A stretch of 64,000 bases of DNA from Limnothrix sp. BL-A-16 (GCA_041937175.2 CP166615.1:3744001-3808000); one strand, 5' to 3'; shown: positions 20,810-32,514, counted from the stretch's first letter. The notes: generated by a model not told the origin, from the sequence alone. Made by a program: numbers and translations.

Positions 20810-21295
20810 AGCTTTTCCTCGTTGCTGGCCCGTCGGTGCAGGAGGAGAGAATGCGGCCCGCCGGTTGGCAAATAACTTAACATGACCCCAACGAAGTCTG
20901 AGGAAAAAAGTCGCTCAATGACTGATGAAGTCTAACTTTGGGCTGATTTAGAGCGTAAAAGTCGTTGGGTAATATTTGCCTCTGTTGCTTGCCTCTGTAT
21001 AAATTGCAAAATCTGCATCGTGCCAATGAAGGTTTGGATTCGGGGCGATCGCCTGGAACGGTCTTTGGCAAATCGAAGCAATTGTCTAGAACAGCGTCAT
21101 GCTGACCAGTTGAAAGCGAATTCAATGCAAATCCAGTGCAAATCCAGTGCAAATCCAAAGTAAATCCAAAGCCAAGAGGGCGAATACACGGGTAGTCTAG
21201 GGGCTGAAATGTTGATGAGAGAACGAGTTGAGGCGATGCAAGGCCGATTTGATCGAGATGGTCGTGGCTTTAAGCTAGATTACTGACCAAAACTC

Positions 21296-21775
21296 ATGAA
21301 GTTGATTGATTGCTCTATGAGCCTTCCCTCCCACGTCACCGACTTAAGCAATCAAGATTATCTAGTTTTGGGCTTGGCCACTTGCTTTCTCAAGGAAGAG
21401 GGTGAGTTGCAGTCGGTCAGCCTCATTGAGCCGATTCCTTCAGCAGCCCTAGAAACGATTTTGCAAGGCATTCCCACCTCTTATCAGTGGGCGATCGCCC
21501 TGCCGATCGAAGCGGCCTTGGCTGCCAGTGCGGCGGGACAATTGCCGGAAGGGTTCCCGCCCGAGTCCCATTGGTGCGCTGATTTTGAACCCCGGGCGAT
21601 CGCGGCGGCTCGCACCTACCGCAGCCGACCCAGCGCCCAACAACACATCCCGATCGGGCAACGGCGGACGGATTTAAATCACTCGGTCGATCGCAAGCGT
21701 GTTTTGAACGCCAACAGCATGGTTCGCCCCGAAGACAACGTGAAGCAACATGCTTACACCCATCAGGTGCTCTAG
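21296..21775 (+). CDS. Conserved cyanobacterial hypothetical protein
   Basis: GLATCF, EPIPSAALE, DNVKQHAYTHQVL C-terminus. Start 21296 or 21317. Confidence 0.75.
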   Translation: MKLIDCSMSLPSHVTDLSNQDYLVLGLATCFLKEEGELQSVSLIEPIPSAALETILQGIPTSYQWAIALPIEAALAASAAGQLPEGFPPESHWCADFEPRAIAAARTYRSRPSAQQHIPIGQRRTDLNHSVDRKRVLNANSMVRPEDNVKQHAYTHQVL

Positions 21776-21838
21776 CGCTTGGGTTCAGCCCGCAAAATCA
21801 GGGAATTCAGAACCGCCAAGTTGGAAATCCCCACCCCC

Positions 21839-24397
21839 CTAGGGATGGGCGTGAGCTTGCTGAAAATCCATCCGCAGCCGCTGCACTGTGGAAGTGCCAA
21901 TATACAAATCACACCACCGAGCCATTTCCCACAACACATGACCGATCGCTTCCTGGGACTCGTAGGCATGGTCTTCGTAGGGCAGCAGCACCAGCCGCGC
22001 CGTTCCCCCTAAGCCGCGCATTGCGTCATACATCCGCTCGCTTTGAATGGGGTAAGTACCGGGATTGGAATCCCGCTGCCCATGAATCAGCAACAGCGGT
22101 TCATTAATGCGATCGGCAAAGGTGAAAGGAGACAGGCGGGTATAGGTTTCTTGGGCTTGCCAGTAGGTGCGTTGTTCGCCCTGAAACCCAAAAGGGGTGA
22201 GGGTGCGGTTATAGGCTCCGCTACGGGCAATCCCGGCCTTGAAGAGATTGGTGTGAGCCAATAAATTCACTACAGTGAAAGCTCCATAGGAATGGCCCCC
22301 CACTAACAACCGTTTGGGGTCGGCAATGCCGCGATCGACCACATAATTCACCGCTGCTTCAGCCCCCGCGATCAGTTGCTCAATGTAGGTGTCATTGGGT
22401 TCTGCGCCGTTTTCACCCACGATCGGGAGGCTAGGATCGAGCAATACCCCATAGCCCAAGGCCAACAAAAACAGGGGTGAATCGGCTTCGGGACGACTGA
22501 AGACGTTGGCGGAGGTGGTGACTTGGCCGGCGGTATTTCGATCGGCATATTCTTCGGGATAAACCCAAAACACCATGGGCAACGGCCCATCCCGATCGCG
22601 TTGGTAACCGGGAGGCAAATAAAGCGTGGCCGAGAGGGGAACGCCATCGGCCCGTTGGTAATAGACAATTTCTTGCTGAATATCAGCCAAGGCGGGAATG
22701 GGATCTGTAAATTGGGTCAGGGGCTGGGCTGGACTTTCGGAGTTGGCTAAGTTGCGCAAAAAGTAGTTGGGAGCCTGGCGCTGGGATTGCCGTTGGGTGA
22801 GCAGTTGTCCCTGACTGAGCAGGTCGATCGGGTACTCATAGTAAGGATCAGTGGCTTGCCAAAGCCGCTCCGTTTGACCGGTCACCAAGTTCCAGCGGTC
22901 TAGGAAAGGATAGCTCCCCTGAGGCGATGCCCCCTGACCCACGAGGTAAAGGGATTGTTGATCGGTCGCCAGCCGCAACACTTCGAGGCCATAGGGCCCT
23001 TGAGCCATCAAAGGGTCGCCGGGGTCACGGTATCGATCCTGATAGTTACGATCACCTCGCAAAATCGGGGCCACGTCGGGGCGATCGGGAGCCACTTGCC
23101 ACAGCCGCACCCGCCGCTCATCGAACCAAATTTCTTCGATCAGGGCCAGGTTACCATTGCCCCACCAGGCATATCGAAACCGAAATGAGGATTGCCAAAG
23201 CCGTTGGGGTGGCTGATCCAAATCCGTGGCTTCTTGGACGTAGAGCGCATCCCGATCGGTTGCGGCTTGCCCCGGATTGCCCCCGTCCAAGGCCTCAACC
23301 CAATAGAGCGTGGCGGGGCGATCGGTACGCCACCCAAACAACCGTTTACCCGGTCGCACAGCATCAAACCCCAGCGGCAAGTTATCCGCCAAGGGCAAGC
23401 GGGTCAGAATCTGAGATCGCCCTTGGTTGAGGTGGTGTAAGGCAATGCGACGGGGAAAACGCTCGATCGGTACCTTATAGGAAAAAGGCGTTTCCACTAC
23501 TTCGACCAAGAGATGTTGACCGTTGGGCGACGGTGTAACGTGGTCGTACAAATCCGGGGGAAGCAGTAATGAGCGACGACCTTGTAAATCAATCCGCTCG
23601 ATCGTGGCGCTGAGGTAATACTTCAGTAGAGCCTCATCATGGGGGCTACTGAGCAGATTGGTGTAAGTGCGATTGGGCGATCGTTGTCCATCATGATCCT
23701 CAATGATCGGCCCCTCAGGTAGCACTGGCATGGGTGGAGGCGCACCCCGATCGGTAGGAATGACCTTACAAACCAAGCCCCCTGTCCCCGGCAACCAATC
23801 GCAGGGCGGCCCATAGGCTCCATTGAGAATTGGCCCCGTCAGTATTCTGGAGCTAGCCGTTTCTAGATCAATGACCCACAACTCCAGTCCGCGATCGGTC
23901 GTTTGCGTTAGGGCCAGCGATCCGCCATCCCGTGACCAGCGCAGGTTGCTGAGGCGACTGTTGGCCGGCAAAGATACCGTCTGTCGTTGTCGTGTCTTTA
24001 GCTCAGTGATACTGATGCCACGATAGTAATTACCCAGTGAGGGGCCATTCGTTTGGGGATTAATGCGCAAACCAGCCAAGGGCAAAGCCGGAGCAGCCAG
24101 ATCGGCAAGGGCTACCATCCCCACCGGCAATAGCTCGATCGCGTAGCGACGGTTAGGCGAAACCATCACGATCGGCGTAACCGGTGCTTTCAGCATTTGA
24201 TCGATCGGTGGCGGTGCGGGCTGCCAACGGGCGGCCCCGGTCACCGACGGTAACTTCACCGATGGTTGTGCAAAAACCGATGATTCAGCCCATCCCCAAC
24301 CCATGACCGTAGCCAAACATCCCAGGACTGACCACCAGCGCGATCGATATCTGCTCGATCGGTCTCCATCCACCACAGGTCTCACACTCCTGATCAA
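21839..24397 (-). CDS. S9-family prolyl oligopeptidase / glutamyl endopeptidase-like, exported
   Basis: GGHSYGAF nucleophile elbow, LLLIHG..D.N.GT, EDH. N-terminal signal-like segment. Confidence 0.9.
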   Translation of the reverse strand: MIRSVRPVVDGDRSSRYRSRWWSVLGCLATVMGWGWAESSVFAQPSVKLPSVTGAARWQPAPPPIDQMLKAPVTPIVMVSPNRRYAIELLPVGMVALADLAAPALPLAGLRINPQTNGPSLGNYYRGISITELKTRQRQTVSLPANSRLSNLRWSRDGGSLALTQTTDRGLELWVIDLETASSRILTGPILNGAYGPPCDWLPGTGGLVCKVIPTDRGAPPPMPVLPEGPIIEDHDGQRSPNRTYTNLLSSPHDEALLKYYLSATIERIDLQGRRSLLLPPDLYDHVTPSPNGQHLLVEVVETPFSYKVPIERFPRRIALHHLNQGRSQILTRLPLADNLPLGFDAVRPGKRLFGWRTDRPATLYWVEALDGGNPGQAATDRDALYVQEATDLDQPPQRLWQSSFRFRYAWWGNGNLALIEEIWFDERRVRLWQVAPDRPDVAPILRGDRNYQDRYRDPGDPLMAQGPYGLEVLRLATDQQSLYLVGQGASPQGSYPFLDRWNLVTGQTERLWQATDPYYEYPIDLLSQGQLLTQRQSQRQAPNYFLRNLANSESPAQPLTQFTDPIPALADIQQEIVYYQRADGVPLSATLYLPPGYQRDRDGPLPMVFWVYPEEYADRNTAGQVTTSANVFSRPEADSPLFLLALGYGVLLDPSLPIVGENGAEPNDTYIEQLIAGAEAAVNYVVDRGIADPKRLLVGGHSYGAFTVVNLLAHTNLFKAGIARSGAYNRTLTPFGFQGEQRTYWQAQETYTRLSPFTFADRINEPLLLIHGQRDSNPGTYPIQSERMYDAMRGLGGTARLVLLPYEDHAYESQEAIGHVLWEMARWCDLYIGTSTVQRLRMDFQQAHAHP

Positions 24398-25017
24398 TCA
24401 AGAACCGCAACACATCCAGACCCACCAGTCGCATCAATCACGACTGCATTCTTATTTGTCCCTTAAAAATCAAGACTCCAACCAATAAACTCCACGCTGA
24501 CTTCCCAGTCAGATTATGCTCAACACAAGCAAGATCTCAACTCAATTAACAAACACAAGACGATCCCATTTTTATGGTCAAGAGTCCTCTTAAAGGCATT
24601 AATTTTGGCTTGAGTTTAATGACTTTAAGAGCCTAATTAACCCATCTTAGTCCTGATTACAGATCCTTTATAACTGATCCCACTCCAGCCTTTCGAGGCA
24701 TTGGGACGCAATCAAAAGCATCATTTTTTACATAGACAAATGAGGATTTTTTTAATCAGAGACTGACATTTCGCCACAACCTAGCCCTAATCAGCCATTG
24801 ATTAATATCCCAAATTTGAAATAGTAATGACTTACGGAAAGTACCGCGTCAAAAATATAGCTAGCTTGACTAAATTTGCAAATATTTCAGAACCCTGATC
24901 AATTTCTAATATTTTCCCCAACGACTGCTCCCTACCTTCTGACACAGTTTAAGCGGGCGATCACCCCTAAATCCCCAAAGAGAAACTCCCCAAACCCGGA
25001 ATCCGAGCTGGGGAGAA

Positions 25018-25041
25018 AAGGCAGAGTCGAAACCCTGCCTT
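25018..25041 (-). terminator. Intrinsic terminator after the RTX gene, with a second hairpin at about 24986-25015
   Basis: Minus strand AAGGCAGGG-TTTCGA-CTCTGCCTT followed by further Ts, then CTCCCCA...TGGGGAG. Confidence 0.7.
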
Positions 25042-25061
25042 GAGAGTCAATCTGTCAAACC

Positions 25062-27218
25062 TTAGAAGATCACGATATCGCGACCGTAGGTCAGGTCGGT
25101 GACAGCAGCACCGCTCTTGAGCACTTGCGCGAACGGAATCGGCAGCACACTGCTGTTGACATTCGTACCGCTGTTGCTGAAGGCAATACCGGAAACAGGG
25201 GTCTGAGGCAGGATGAAGTACTGAACCGTACCAATCAGAGTACCGCCAGTCAGTGCAGCGGCAGCATCTGCGTAGGACGAGATCAAGCCATTGGTACCGG
25301 CACCAGCATTGACGGCAGTCAATGTACCGAAAGCAGGTACTGGGGTCGAGCTGTAGATGAACTGGCTACCGAATGTACCTGCTGTGTTCGTCGTTGCCGT
25401 TGCCGCACGACCGTACAGGATACCCGTGTCGCGAGCATAGATCAACAACTCAGGCTTGTTGACGATGTTGGTGACGTTAGTACCCGACACAGAAGCGACG
25501 GAGAGGAACGCGCCCGGAGCGTTGGCACTCGGGAAGTTGGTTCCGGAGGTGAACAAGCGTCCTTCCAAACGAATTTGGTCAACACCCGAATCAAAGTCGG
25601 TGATGGTGTCGAAACCGCTTAGGGCATAACCAAAGCCAGTCAGCGGTACAGCTGCACCACCAGTGGTTTGCTGAGAACCAAAGGCAGGCGTAACAACAGT
25701 GCCCACACCACCCGTGGTGCCGTAGCTGACAGTCAGGGAAGCACCGTAGGTCGGAGATACGAATGTGCCACCGGCAGCGATTGTACCGGCACCGAAGCTA
25801 AAGGTCGCAGCCGTACCGCCAGCAGCACCGCCCGTGAACTGACCGTGGGCAGGGTTCGGGAAGGTGGTGAAGTAACGGACTTCTTGAAGGACGGCCGGAG
25901 TTGTACCCGCGCCGATTGTGCCAGTTACGTTCAACGTGGTGCTGTTGAAGGTGACCGAAGCCACGTCGCTGACCTGAACGCCCTTGAACAGGAATACGTC
26001 AGCGCCTGCACCACCAGTCAGGATATCAGCGTTGCCCAGGCCTTCCAGGGTGTCGTTACCAGCGCCACCGGTCAGGGTGTCGCGGTTCGGAGTACCGGTC
26101 AGGTACAAACCAGTGCTGCCAGCAATGATCGTGAAGGGAGCCGTGCCCGAGAGGATCGTGTCGCCTTCGCCGGGGTTGAAGCCGGAGATCGCACCACCTG
26201 CCAACACGTTGAAGGTGTCGCGACCAGCGCCACCTACTAGGGTGACGTTCGACCCTTGGGAAACCAGCGAGTCATCGCCAACACCACCTTGGATCGTGTT
26301 CGCACCAGCGCCAACCAGGGTGTCACCCAGGCTACCGGCGATCAACACGTTACCCGAACCCGTGATGGTGGGCAGGATTTGCAGGAAGTTCTTGCCGCCG
26401 CCACCGGAAGCGGTTGAGAAGGCAGCACCACCGTCAAAGGTGATCGTATCGTCGCCTTCGCCACCAGCCAGGGTGTTGTTAGCACCGGTGTTGCGGAGGA
26501 TATCGTTACCCAGATCGCCGGAGATGAAGGCACCCGAGCCGCTAGCGGTCAGCACGTCAGCACCCGAGCCGCCGTATACGGAGTCAGCGGCACCAGCCGT
26601 GATCGTATCGTTGCCTTGGTTACCGAACAGCAGGGTACGACCACCACCGGTGATCGCATCATCGCCGTCGCCACCGTAAACCGTGGTTGCACCAGCAACG
26701 CCAGAACCGCTGAGGACGATGCTGTCATTACCGCGATCGCCGTACAGCAGACCACCAACGGTCGAAGTCAGGGTGTCGTTGCCTTGACCGCCGTACAGGG
26801 TATCAGCCCGGTTGCCGGCTACCAATGCATCGTTGCCTTGGTTACCAAACAAAGCCGAAGGACCAACGGAGTTGGCAACCAGCGAATCATCGCCTTCGCC
26901 ACCGTACATGGTGTCGCCACCACCAGCGGTCGAACCGCCGATGATGCCGGTGGAGGTAGACTCACCCACGATCGTGTCGTTGCCGCGATCGCCGTACAGC
27001 AGCGAGCCGCCGCGGCTGCGGATGATGTCGTTGCCTTGACCACCGTAGATGGTGTCAGCGCCACCTTGGCTGATTAGCGAGTCAGCGCCTTGGTTACCAA
27101 AAATTGAGTTACGGCCGGCGGTGCTACTGACGAGAGAGTCAGCATCCCCCAGACCGATCAGGGTATCTACGCCAGACCCAATCAAAAAGTTGGGTAGGTT
27201 GTTGCCGAACTGAGTCAC
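25062..27218 (-). CDS. RTX / hemolysin-type Ca-binding surface protein (S-layer or oscillin-like)
   Basis: Many GGxGxDxL nonapeptides, G/T/A-rich, DTITDF motif, no Sec signal, C-terminal DIVIF typical of type I secretion. Confidence 0.88.
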   Translation of the reverse strand: MTQFGNNLPNFLIGSGVDTLIGLGDADSLVSSTAGRNSIFGNQGADSLISQGGADTIYGGQGNDIIRSRGGSLLYGDRGNDTIVGESTSTGIIGGSTAGGGDTMYGGEGDDSLVANSVGPSALFGNQGNDALVAGNRADTLYGGQGNDTLTSTVGGLLYGDRGNDSIVLSGSGVAGATTVYGGDGDDAITGGGRTLLFGNQGNDTITAGAADSVYGGSGADVLTASGSGAFISGDLGNDILRNTGANNTLAGGEGDDTITFDGGAAFSTASGGGGKNFLQILPTITGSGNVLIAGSLGDTLVGAGANTIQGGVGDDSLVSQGSNVTLVGGAGRDTFNVLAGGAISGFNPGEGDTILSGTAPFTIIAGSTGLYLTGTPNRDTLTGGAGNDTLEGLGNADILTGGAGADVFLFKGVQVSDVASVTFNSTTLNVTGTIGAGTTPAVLQEVRYFTTFPNPAHGQFTGGAAGGTAATFSFGAGTIAAGGTFVSPTYGASLTVSYGTTGGVGTVVTPAFGSQQTTGGAAVPLTGFGYALSGFDTITDFDSGVDQIRLEGRLFTSGTNFPSANAPGAFLSVASVSGTNVTNIVNKPELLIYARDTGILYGRAATATTNTAGTFGSQFIYSSTPVPAFGTLTAVNAGAGTNGLISSYADAAAALTGGTLIGTVQYFILPQTPVSGIAFSNSGTNVNSSVLPIPFAQVLKSGAAVTDLTYGRDIVIF

Positions 27219-27531
27219 TTATTCCACTCCTCTGAAATTTGCTGTAGCTGTATGTCTGTGCTTGTACCAAACGATCGACAATTCAGCGTTGCATCCAGTG
27301 ACAGGCAGCTTATGAGCTTTCTGTTGATCTGAGACTGCCAAAAAGACTCGTACAGCCAGCGCAAGTTTACCTTAGGTTGACTGATACTGTCTAGCTGAAG
27401 CCCTTGACGACTAGGCTCTCCAATGGGTTCCCCAAGATTCACGGGAAAATTAGGAGAGGTGGCGGAGATCGTGGCTCAGGTTATGGGGCATTGTACAGGG
27501 GTGGGACGATTTTAATGAAGTTCGGGTCAGC

Positions 27532-29631
27532 ATGGGCGTTAATCAACGGTTGCTCATTCACGATCGCCCCCGTTTGGTGACCCGCTTGGCCGAGTTGCCT
27601 CGGGAGCCGGGGGTTTATTTCATGAAGGATGATCGCGATCGCATCCTTTATATAGGCAAGTCGAAAAGCCTCCGATCGCGGGTTCGCTCTTACTTCCGGC
27701 CGTTTCAGGGCCAGTCCAATAAGCCGATCGGGGAGCAACTGCACAGTCCGCGCCTGGAGCTGATGGTGCGGCAGGTGGCGGAGATTGAATTCATCGTTAC
27801 CGATACGGAATCGGAAGCCCTGGCCCTGGAGGCCAACCTGATTCGGCAGCATCAACCCCACTTCAACACGCTGCTGAAGGATGACAAGAAATATCCCTAT
27901 CTCTGCATTACTTGGTCGGAGGATTATCCTCGGCTGTTTATTACCCGCAAACGCAAGCTGAGCCAGCCCGGCGATCGCTACTACGGTCCCTACACCGATG
28001 CGCGGGCCTTGCGGGAAACTGTGCGGCTGGTGAAGCGTTTGTTTCCCTTGCGGCAACGGCCCAAGCCCTTGTTTCGAGATCGCCCCTGCTTGAACTACGA
28101 CATTGGCCGTTGTCCCGGCGTTTGTCAGGGTTTGATTACACCAGCGGACTACCGTCAAACGGTGCAGAAGGTGGCGATGGTGTTTCAGGGGCGATCGGGC
28201 GAGTTGATGGAGCAACTCCAGCAGCAGATGATTGCCGCAGCGGCGGAACTGAATTTTGAGCTGGCGGCTCAGTTGCGCGATCGATTGCGAGGCTTGGAGC
28301 AGTTGGGGGCCGATCGCAAGGTGGAGCTACCCAACGATCGGGTTTCTCGCGATGCGATCGCCCTGGCCACCAGCGATCGCCATGCTTGCATTCAACTATT
28401 CCAAATTCGAGCTGGACGACTGGTGGGCCGGTTGGGCTTTGTGGCGGAAATTCCCCAACCGATGATCGCAACCTCCACAGAATCCGAAGAATCTGAACGC
28501 CGATCGCCCGTTATGGTTGAAGCTGCTGTCGAAGGTACAACCGAAACCGAGTCCGCCATTTCGCCAGTTATGGCCCCAGCCATTGCCCCCGCCGTTTTGG
28601 GGCGGATTTTGCAACAGGCCCTCGAAGAGCACTACAGCACCGTGGAATCCGTTGAAATTCCGGCGGAGATTTTGGTGCAGTACGAATTGCCTGACGGGCC
28701 TTGGCTAGCGGACTGGCTGAGTGAGCGTCGGGGCCGCAAGGTGGCGATCGAGACCCCTCAACGGCAACTGAAAGCAGACTTGATTGCTTTGGTGGCCCGC
28801 AATGCGGACTATGAGCTAGCCCGCACCCAACGCAGCAGCGATCGCAACCAAGCCGCTCTCCAGGATCTGGCGGATCTCTTGGACTTGCCCGATCTGCCCC
28901 GTTGGATTGAGTGTTACGACATTTCCCACATCCAAGGATCCGATGCGGTGGCCTCGCGGGTGGTGTTTGTGGATGGCTTGCCCGCCAAGCAACATTACCG
29001 TCATTACAAAATTCGGAATCCCGAGATTGGCCCTGGGCACTCCGACGACTTCGCCAGCTTGGCGGAAACCATTCGGCGGCGATTCCGCGATTACCAACCC
29101 CGTAGCGCCCCCAATGCGGCTCTGAGCGTTTTGGGTGGACGTGAGCGCCAAACCCAAGATTGGCCAGATCTGGTCGTGATTGATGGGGGCAAGGGGCAAC
29201 TGTCGGCGGTGGTTGCCGTGTTGCGGGATCTGGATTTGCTGGATGAGCTGCGGGTGGTGAGCCTGGCCAAAAAACGCGAGGAAATCTTTTTGCCTGAGGA
29301 ATCCCAGCCCCTCCGCACGGATCCAGAGCAGGCCGGTGTGCAGTTGGTGCGCCGTTTGCGGGACGAGGCTCACCGGTTTGCGGTTAGTTTCCATCGCCAA
29401 AAACGCACGGAGCGAATGCGGCGATCGCGCCTCGAAGAGATTCCCGGCTTAGGACACCATCGCCAAAAGCAACTTTTAGCCCACTTCCGCTCGATCGACT
29501 ACATCCGCGAGGCTACACCCGCCCAGTTACAGGAAGTCCCTGGCGTTGGCCCCCATTTGGCCCAACAAATTTATGAATACTTTCATCCGACTGATTTGAC
29601 CGGCACTGATTTGACCGACACGGTTTCGTGA
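27532..29631 (+). CDS. uvrC: Excinuclease ABC subunit C
   Basis: GIY-YIG (PGVYFM..LYIGKS), [28 protein letters not shown], HhH. Confidence 0.97.
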   Translation: MGVNQRLLIHDRPRLVTRLAELPREPGVYFMKDDRDRILYIGKSKSLRSRVRSYFRPFQGQSNKPIGEQLHSPRLELMVRQVAEIEFIVTDTESEALALEANLIRQHQPHFNTLLKDDKKYPYLCITWSEDYPRLFITRKRKLSQPGDRYYGPYTDARALRETVRLVKRLFPLRQRPKPLFRDRPCLNYDIGRCPGVCQGLITPADYRQTVQKVAMVFQGRSGELMEQLQQQMIAAAAELNFELAAQLRDRLRGLEQLGADRKVELPNDRVSRDAIALATSDRHACIQLFQIRAGRLVGRLGFVAEIPQPMIATSTESEESERRSPVMVEAAVEGTTETESAISPVMAPAIAPAVLGRILQQALEEHYSTVESVEIPAEILVQYELPDGPWLADWLSERRGRKVAIETPQRQLKADLIALVARNADYELARTQRSSDRNQAALQDLADLLDLPDLPRWIECYDISHIQGSDAVASRVVFVDGLPAKQHYRHYKIRNPEIGPGHSDDFASLAETIRRRFRDYQPRSAPNAALSVLGGRERQTQDWPDLVVIDGGKGQLSAVVAVLRDLDLLDELRVVSLAKKREEIFLPEESQPLRTDPEQAGVQLVRRLRDEAHRFAVSFHRQKRTERMRRSRLEEIPGLGHHRQKQLLAHFRSIDYIREATPAQLQEVPGVGPHLAQQIYEYFHPTDLTGTDLTDTVS

Positions 29632-30053
29632 TTGCCGCCTTTAGACGATCGGCCAGCGACGGGCGCAACCTGACTCAGGGGGCCCCGCTGGGGTTCATCA
29701 ACAGGAAAACGAGTCGATCGCAACGTTTCAGCACTTTGACTCCCTGAGCCAACAGCCCGCCCGAGGATCAGCGGCTGGAACCATCACCGCCCGCCCCAGG
29801 TCGTAATCTCCGAACCTTTTCCCAGGCGTGCCGGGCCGCTCTCTTGACAGAATAGCCTTGGTAACGGGCAACGATCGGGGGTGCGCCCCATTTGGTAGTC
29901 CAGTTAGCCCCGTGTAACTTGCGATCGCGATTACCCTATTAGGGCGATCGCCGCCGCACCTCCACTCTCCTCCAATCAGCAGAATAGACCCGTGGCTCGA
30001 AACACGGGGCCGGCCCCGAGCCGGTTGTTAATGCTCGCTCTCTAGGAAGGTTT

Positions 30054-30437
30054 ATGGTGCCCATGATGTACAGCCCTCATGTACTCGAACTCCAAGGTCG
30101 CTGCGATACCCACAGCAGCGCCAATCTGCGTCAACAATTTGAGCAACTGGCCCAGGAAGTTAGCGCTACGGAAACTTCTGCCCCGGTTTGGTTGCTGGAT
30201 TTATCTCAGGTGAGTTCAATCGACAGTTCCGGTCTTTCGGCGTTCATTGCTGGTTTCAAGCTGGCTCGACAGCAGGGCGGAGCGCTGCTCTTCTGTGCGC
30301 CCTCGGATCCGGTGCGGATGGTGTTTGAAATTGCTCAGCTCGATCGGGTGTTTCCCATCTACGAATCGCAGGCGGCGGCATTGGCCGCTTGGGAACAACA
30401 GACCCTGGAGCCGACTTTTAATCCCCTGGCGGCCTAG
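30054..30437 (+). CDS. STAS-domain anti-sigma factor antagonist
   Basis: LDLSQVSSIDSSGL, VRMVFEIAQLDRVF. Confidence 0.9.
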   Translation: MVPMMYSPHVLELQGRCDTHSSANLRQQFEQLAQEVSATETSAPVWLLDLSQVSSIDSSGLSAFIAGFKLARQQGGALLFCAPSDPVRMVFEIAQLDRVFPIYESQAAALAAWEQQTLEPTFNPLAA

Positions 30438-30476
30438 TGGAAACCGCTTGGGTTGGAATCCTGCCTGTTAGATGCC

Positions 30477-31001
30477 ATGGAAGCAGTGTTTAAGGGGTTT
30501 CGGATTCAGGATTGGCAACCTCGCGATCGGGCGGCCGCCGCAACTGTGATCCGTACTGTGCTGACGGAGTATGGTTTGCCCTGGGAACCAACAGGGGCCG
30601 ATCGAGATGTCCTGGCCGTGGAGGATTGTTATCTCGCGACCGGGGGAGAATTTTGGGTGATCTACCAAGGGTCGCAACTCGTAGGCACTGGAGCCTACTA
30701 CCCGATCGACCGAGGCGATCGCGCGGTTGAGATCCGAAAAATGTATCTGCTTCCACTGGCCCGCGGCCAGGGTTTGGGACGCTGGCTGTTGCAACAACTG
30801 GAGCAAGCTGCGGCCAGGCATGGCTTTCAGACTGCTTGGTTGGAAACCGCCAGCGTCCTTGCAACGGCCGTGCAATTGTATGAAACCAGCGGCTATCAAT
30901 TAACCCAAGGGGTTGAAACGCCCCGGTGCGATCGTCTCTACTGCAAATCGATCGCCTATGGGTCAATTGCCGCTAATCAACCCATTTCCAAAAATTCATA
31001 A
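30477..31001 (+). CDS. GNAT acetyltransferase
   Basis: EIRKMYLLPLARGQGLG, LETASVL..AVQLYE..GY. Confidence 0.9.
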   Translation: MEAVFKGFRIQDWQPRDRAAAATVIRTVLTEYGLPWEPTGADRDVLAVEDCYLATGGEFWVIYQGSQLVGTGAYYPIDRGDRAVEIRKMYLLPLARGQGLGRWLLQQLEQAAARHGFQTAWLETASVLATAVQLYETSGYQLTQGVETPRCDRLYCKSIAYGSIAANQPISKNS

Positions 31002-31017
31002 ATTAATTTGCAGCTTA

Positions 31018-31159
31018 GGGTCTGTCGTCATTTCGCCCAAAACCCTAGATCTGCCGTTAGCGGATTGTGTGAGACAAGGGGCTTGAGCATCTTGTTACGA
31101 CGACTGGGGCACGGAAGATCAACCGTTTCAGCATCACCTCGAAAAATGACGACACCCCC
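31018..31159. mobile_element. MITE family B, copy 1 (142 bp)
   Basis: TIR GGGTCTGTCGTCATTT / AAATGACGACACCCCC, flanked by TA on both sides. Internal CAAGGGGCTTGAGCATCTTG. Inverted paralogue at 63085-63226. Confidence 0.9.
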
Positions 31160-31377
31160 TAGAGCCGGTGGTATGGTTATCGTTGGCTCCAATAGGCTTG
31201 GTTCACTCAGCATAATTAACCTGATCGATCTAACCCGATCAATCAGGTTGGGGATTAATGATTCACGACGGATGAATCACGGACGCTGAATTATGATTCA
31301 CACCTCGATTGTGAATACCCCAAACCATTGCCCAGGAGTCGATTCAACTAACTCAATCCCTTCAAACTAAATTTCCT

Positions 31378-32514
31378 ATGCTCGCCCTCGACACCCTGCT
31401 GCAAGAGTTGAGCGTCCTCGCCAGTAGCTACAACAGCTTGGGTACCCGGCTTTCTCTGGCAGCCGGTGAGTTAACCAATTTGGGTACACCACCCAGTGCC
31501 GGACTGCTCCAGGAAGCCGCCCGCTATCAACAAACCTTTGAAACCCTGCGCGATCGGGCGATCGCCCTGGCCAAGGAAGCGGGTTTAACAGGGGGAGCCA
31601 TTCCGGCCAACTTGGTTTCTGTGCGGGAACTGGAAGACTTTATTCGCTCCTTGATGCCCATTGGATCGCCGGAAGCGGTTCAACAACAGGCGCTGGCTAT
31701 GCTCGATCGCCTGCTGTCCATTCGCTACAGCGGCAGCAGCGATGCCCAAGGGGCCCTCGAAGATTGCCAAACTCAAGCGCGGCAGGTGCGCGGCCTGGTG
31801 GCCACCGCTGTGCCCACCAACTTGCCCCAAGTGGCCATCTCCCTGGTGAAGGGCAATCATCCCCTTTGCGCCCTCTTGACCCTGTTGGAAGAGGCCGATC
31901 GCCTAGATGACGATCGCTGGGTGCAACTGGAAGACACCGTGGCCCGTTCCTTTGGTCGATCGCTGGCCGTGGCCGCGTCCCGAGGCAAGCTGCAAGTGGG
32001 TGGTCAAGTGGCCCCCGCTCCCCGAGCAACCCCCAGCACCCAAACTGTCGCGCCTTTGCAAGCCAACGATGTGATTTTTGGGGCCACGGCTCCAACGGCC
32101 GGCGCAGTGGCCTTGGAAGTGATGGTGCATATCGGCGGCATTGGCGATCGCACCTTCAGCGATCGGGAATTTGCTGGAACCATCGGCGAATCTCGCGCCA
32201 TTGAAGGGATGCAAATTCGCTTTAAGCAACCGATTCCCGGTTTGGGCATCCGCTACATGGGTCACCTGCAAAGCACGGGTGACACCGCTTGGGTGGGCGA
32301 AGGGGAATACGTCGGATCCCGCCGTGAAAGTCGCCGTCTAGAAGGATTCACGATCGAGCTGACGGGCCCCGAAGCCGATCGCTATCAACTCTTCTACCAA
32401 GGGCACTTCGCCCGCTATGGCAACTCCAATGTGCTGAGCGGTGGCGAGTTCTGCGGTCTGCGGGGCGATGGTTTGCAACTGGAAGCGCTGAAGGTGTGGA
32501 TCGATCGCAAATAA
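31378..32514 (+). CDS. Hypothetical protein: helical N-terminal domain plus three ChW-like (hydrophobic W) repeats
   Basis: Three ~47-aa repeats: HIGGIGD..GTIGESRAIEGMQI, HLQSTGD..GSRRESRRLEGFTI, HFARYGN..GLRGDGLQLEALKV. Confidence 0.7.
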   Translation: MLALDTLLQELSVLASSYNSLGTRLSLAAGELTNLGTPPSAGLLQEAARYQQTFETLRDRAIALAKEAGLTGGAIPANLVSVRELEDFIRSLMPIGSPEAVQQQALAMLDRLLSIRYSGSSDAQGALEDCQTQARQVRGLVATAVPTNLPQVAISLVKGNHPLCALLTLLEEADRLDDDRWVQLEDTVARSFGRSLAVAASRGKLQVGGQVAPAPRATPSTQTVAPLQANDVIFGATAPTAGAVALEVMVHIGGIGDRTFSDREFAGTIGESRAIEGMQIRFKQPIPGLGIRYMGHLQSTGDTAWVGEGEYVGSRRESRRLEGFTIELTGPEADRYQLFYQGHFARYGNSNVLSGGEFCGLRGDGLQLEALKVWIDRK

